The notes under the pieces: generated by a model
What the model was told of the DNA's origin: nothing
What the model saw: only the letters and a program-made list of their open reading frames with translations
Databases searched by the model: none
Program-made: the position numbers and the translations under genes
Assembly: GCA_010015585.1 (NCBI GenBank)
Contig: ML975154.1
Strand: one strand, 5' to 3'
Source of the DNA: Eremomyces bilateralis CBS 781.70
Lineage: Eukaryota
DNA length: 64,000 nt
In this document: piece by piece, positions 61,538-64,000 of the stretch
Layout of the letters: every line of letters starts with the position of its first letter
Numbering within the stretch: the first letter of the stretch is position 1

Positions 61538-64000
61538 GGCGCGAACACGATCCCCTCCTCTTCGTTTCCACACGCTCAGCTAGATGCCACCACATTCCCT
61601 CGGCTTGTATCATGATCTGGCATGAGTACATGTGGTAAATAGACGATTTGACCCCGTCGAGTTATCCCCACCTTGGTCACACGGGTATATGGTACGCTCG
61701 TGTGCACCTCCATCTAATAATGTCTGATTTTCCGTAACTGGGGGCGATACTGGTCGCCGTGGGTTGCGTATGTGTGTTACAATACTACCACGGATACTCA
61801 ATGGGACTCGAATATCAAAGACTTCATGTTAGCTGGATTTCTTGATGCTGGTGATATATCGATCCGCCTGCTTGATCAACGCGGCGTCGCCTACGTACTG
61901 CGTTCCCAACCCCTTTTCCAGACCTCTACTCCATCTATCTAGAACCTCAGCTACTGCAATCGTGAGCATGTACAAACTACAAACGTCTGATATCGCCAAG
62001 CCACTGCCCACCCGAAACGCCAGCGTCTTCCACCATCGCCTCATCCTGTGCACAGTATCGCATCCCCCTGTCCGACCCCGCATTCTTCCGCATCCTCACC
62101 TAAATTGCCTTACCCATCAAGCTGAAGCCCTCCAGTGTAGCCTGCGTAGGTACTATACCCTCGTCAATACTACGTAAGCCCAGCCTATAGCACATGGTCC
62201 TCTAAATCTACCATCTGCGGCATCGTCGGCAAGTCGCGGACAGAGCGGCGGACCCGTGTCCACGGCGCGGTCCCGTACATGAAGTGCGGCTTTCACTATC
62301 TTTGAGAAGGTCTAGATGCGGGCGACGGGGGAGACCCGGCTGGCGTTACATAAATAAAGACGCCTTGCTTGTCGTTGGGGTGATGCCGTCGGCGTTCCTG
62401 GATGTTGATCTGCCGTGATTTACATTGAGGTCGATCACTTTATCTGAAGGAGTGGTTCGGTTCATGCGGTTGGGTTGATTTGGTTGATTTATTTAGTTTG
62501 TTCGGAGTTCATGGATGCTGCAGGTGTTCGTGGCTACGGATACTCTAATGGCGAAGGAGGGGATTCATGCGCCAGCCGAGGAGCGCTGGGATGGGACGGC
62601 GGGCTAAGAGCTTCACGGCGATGTGAATGGAAGAATGACGGCTGGGGAGATTTGGCGACGAGATGTCACCCTTCCTACCTCCTTACCTGAGTCGTCCGAG
62701 ATGGTGTTCGTATTTCTCGCGAGGAGCCGTGGTGGTCGGATGGATAGGATGATATGGGAGATGTCGGAAGGGGGGTTGAGAGATCGGGTTGTTTGGTACT
62801 TTCTGGCACTTAATATTTCGTACCATGGCATGGTTGGACTCGGGAGTGTAGGGCAGATGGATCGTGAAGTATCGTCAGATATATTCCGTAAACGAGTTGT
62901 CGACGATCTGGTTATGACCGTCTCTGAGTCTTCGAGATTCCGCTCCAGTTTCAACGCCGAAAACCAGTTCCCGCCTCCATTCCCTCACGTATTCGACTCT
63001 CCAGCATAGATTCCACCCGTTGCTCTTCCACAGCCCTTGCTCCGATTCTCTCTCTCACTGGCCCACCTTGCCGTCCGCTGCAAGTCATGACCACACGAGA
63101 AGAAGCCATTCCACGGGCCATCCCGCCGGCCCGTTGGTATTTGATGACATATTATTTCAGACCTCAAGCGAAATAAGTAAATAACTAACGCCATATGTTA
63201 AATGCTCGCTCGCATGATGATCTAAGCCCTTCAAAAGTCAAACCAGGACGGACCTCTGAATTTCCCTGCGCAACTGATCGCCAATGGCTCAATCCATTCC
63301 CAACTCAAAGTCTGTGACAAACATACATGTGACTCTTGACCTAGGCTAAAGTATGAAGGCAACCTTAACAAAGGATTGAGGAACTAGCTTTTGAGTTTTG
63401 ACCCACTGGCCAATCCCCACGCGGAGTGCTGCGGAGCGCCGCGAAATAGCGGCGTGGCGTCCTATCACAGCATCAAATGGGCGGTGAATATTGTGATTGG
63501 TGAGCGACGGGGTGCATGAAGAGTGAGGATTGGGGGTTCGATCATCGATGTCACGCGGATGGGGAAATGAGAAGGACATCGGTCGTGGAGAGGTTGGTGT
63601 GGGAATGGGACTGGGAGGACTGAGGAGTGGAGGAAAGGGTGCTGCCCGTGCTGGACAGCGAACAGTGGACTGCTGGGTGGCGATCGGTTGGGGTTGAGAC
63701 TTGAGACATGCGGGGAGTTATTAATATCAATTTGAAATGCATTTGAGTGAGCAGGGGAGCAAGGAAGCAATAGTGACGAGAGACAGATAGAGGCTTTCTT
63801 GAAGGATCGACTGGATAGCGCATGCAGATCGGAATAGTCAAGCCGCAGCATCTGACATCTGGAGTTCTCAACTCGTCTTCACGAAATCGCACAAAGCAGG
63901 TCGCAGAATCACGGCGGTTATGTCGACGTGACTTGACCTCGAGGTCACGCTCCTCTCGCCGATCACTCCGACCCCGGTACAATGTACACAGACAACAACG

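Noticed and set aside
63465..63851. ORF-track entry labelled + (MLRLDYSDLH...)
   Set aside because: The peptide actually translates from the minus strand (CAT at 63849-63851), so the strand label looks wrong. The product is not protein-like either.
63934..63947. Perfect 14-bp palindrome TGACCTCGAGGTCA
   Set aside because: A few palindromes of this length are expected by chance in 64 kb.
61600..64000. Additional gene at the window end
   Set aside because: Only short ORFs without motifs; a gene may begin beyond the window edge but none can be supported here.

Overview
Gene-dense, intron-containing eukaryotic DNA from a filamentous ascomycete (Pezizomycotina-type: mostly 46-100 nt GT-AG introns with CTRAY branch points). 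I reconstructed 18 protein-coding genes by hand-splicing. In order: 3' part of an Ars2/Serrate homolog, a PX-domain protein (Ypr097w/Lec1-like), SEC66, NOP14, an Esc1/DevR-type bHLH factor, REG1, SEC9, U2AF large subunit, OGG1, a stand-alone LanC-like protein, RAX2, an unrecognised low-complexity protein, a Zn2Cys6 factor, MMS19, MTD1, RPF2, GRX3/4 and a secreted S8 subtilisin. Two unusually long gene-free stretches (9.8-15.9 kb, 17.9-25.9 kb) flank the bHLH gene. I saw no intact transposon, rRNA, complete tRNA or CRISPR array, and no self-contained novel gene cluster. The best leads are: the orphan LanC-like enzyme; repeated sharp C-rich to G-rich skew switches inside and between genes; an MTD1-RPF2 convergent pair matching the budding-yeast arrangement, flanked by two cytosolic Fe-S genes; a uORF/overlapping-ORF arrangement in front of REG1; a GAG splice acceptor in SEC66; and a speculative 57-aa His-rich spliced small ORF. 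All gene names come from recognised motifs, not database searches, and compositional statements are by eye.
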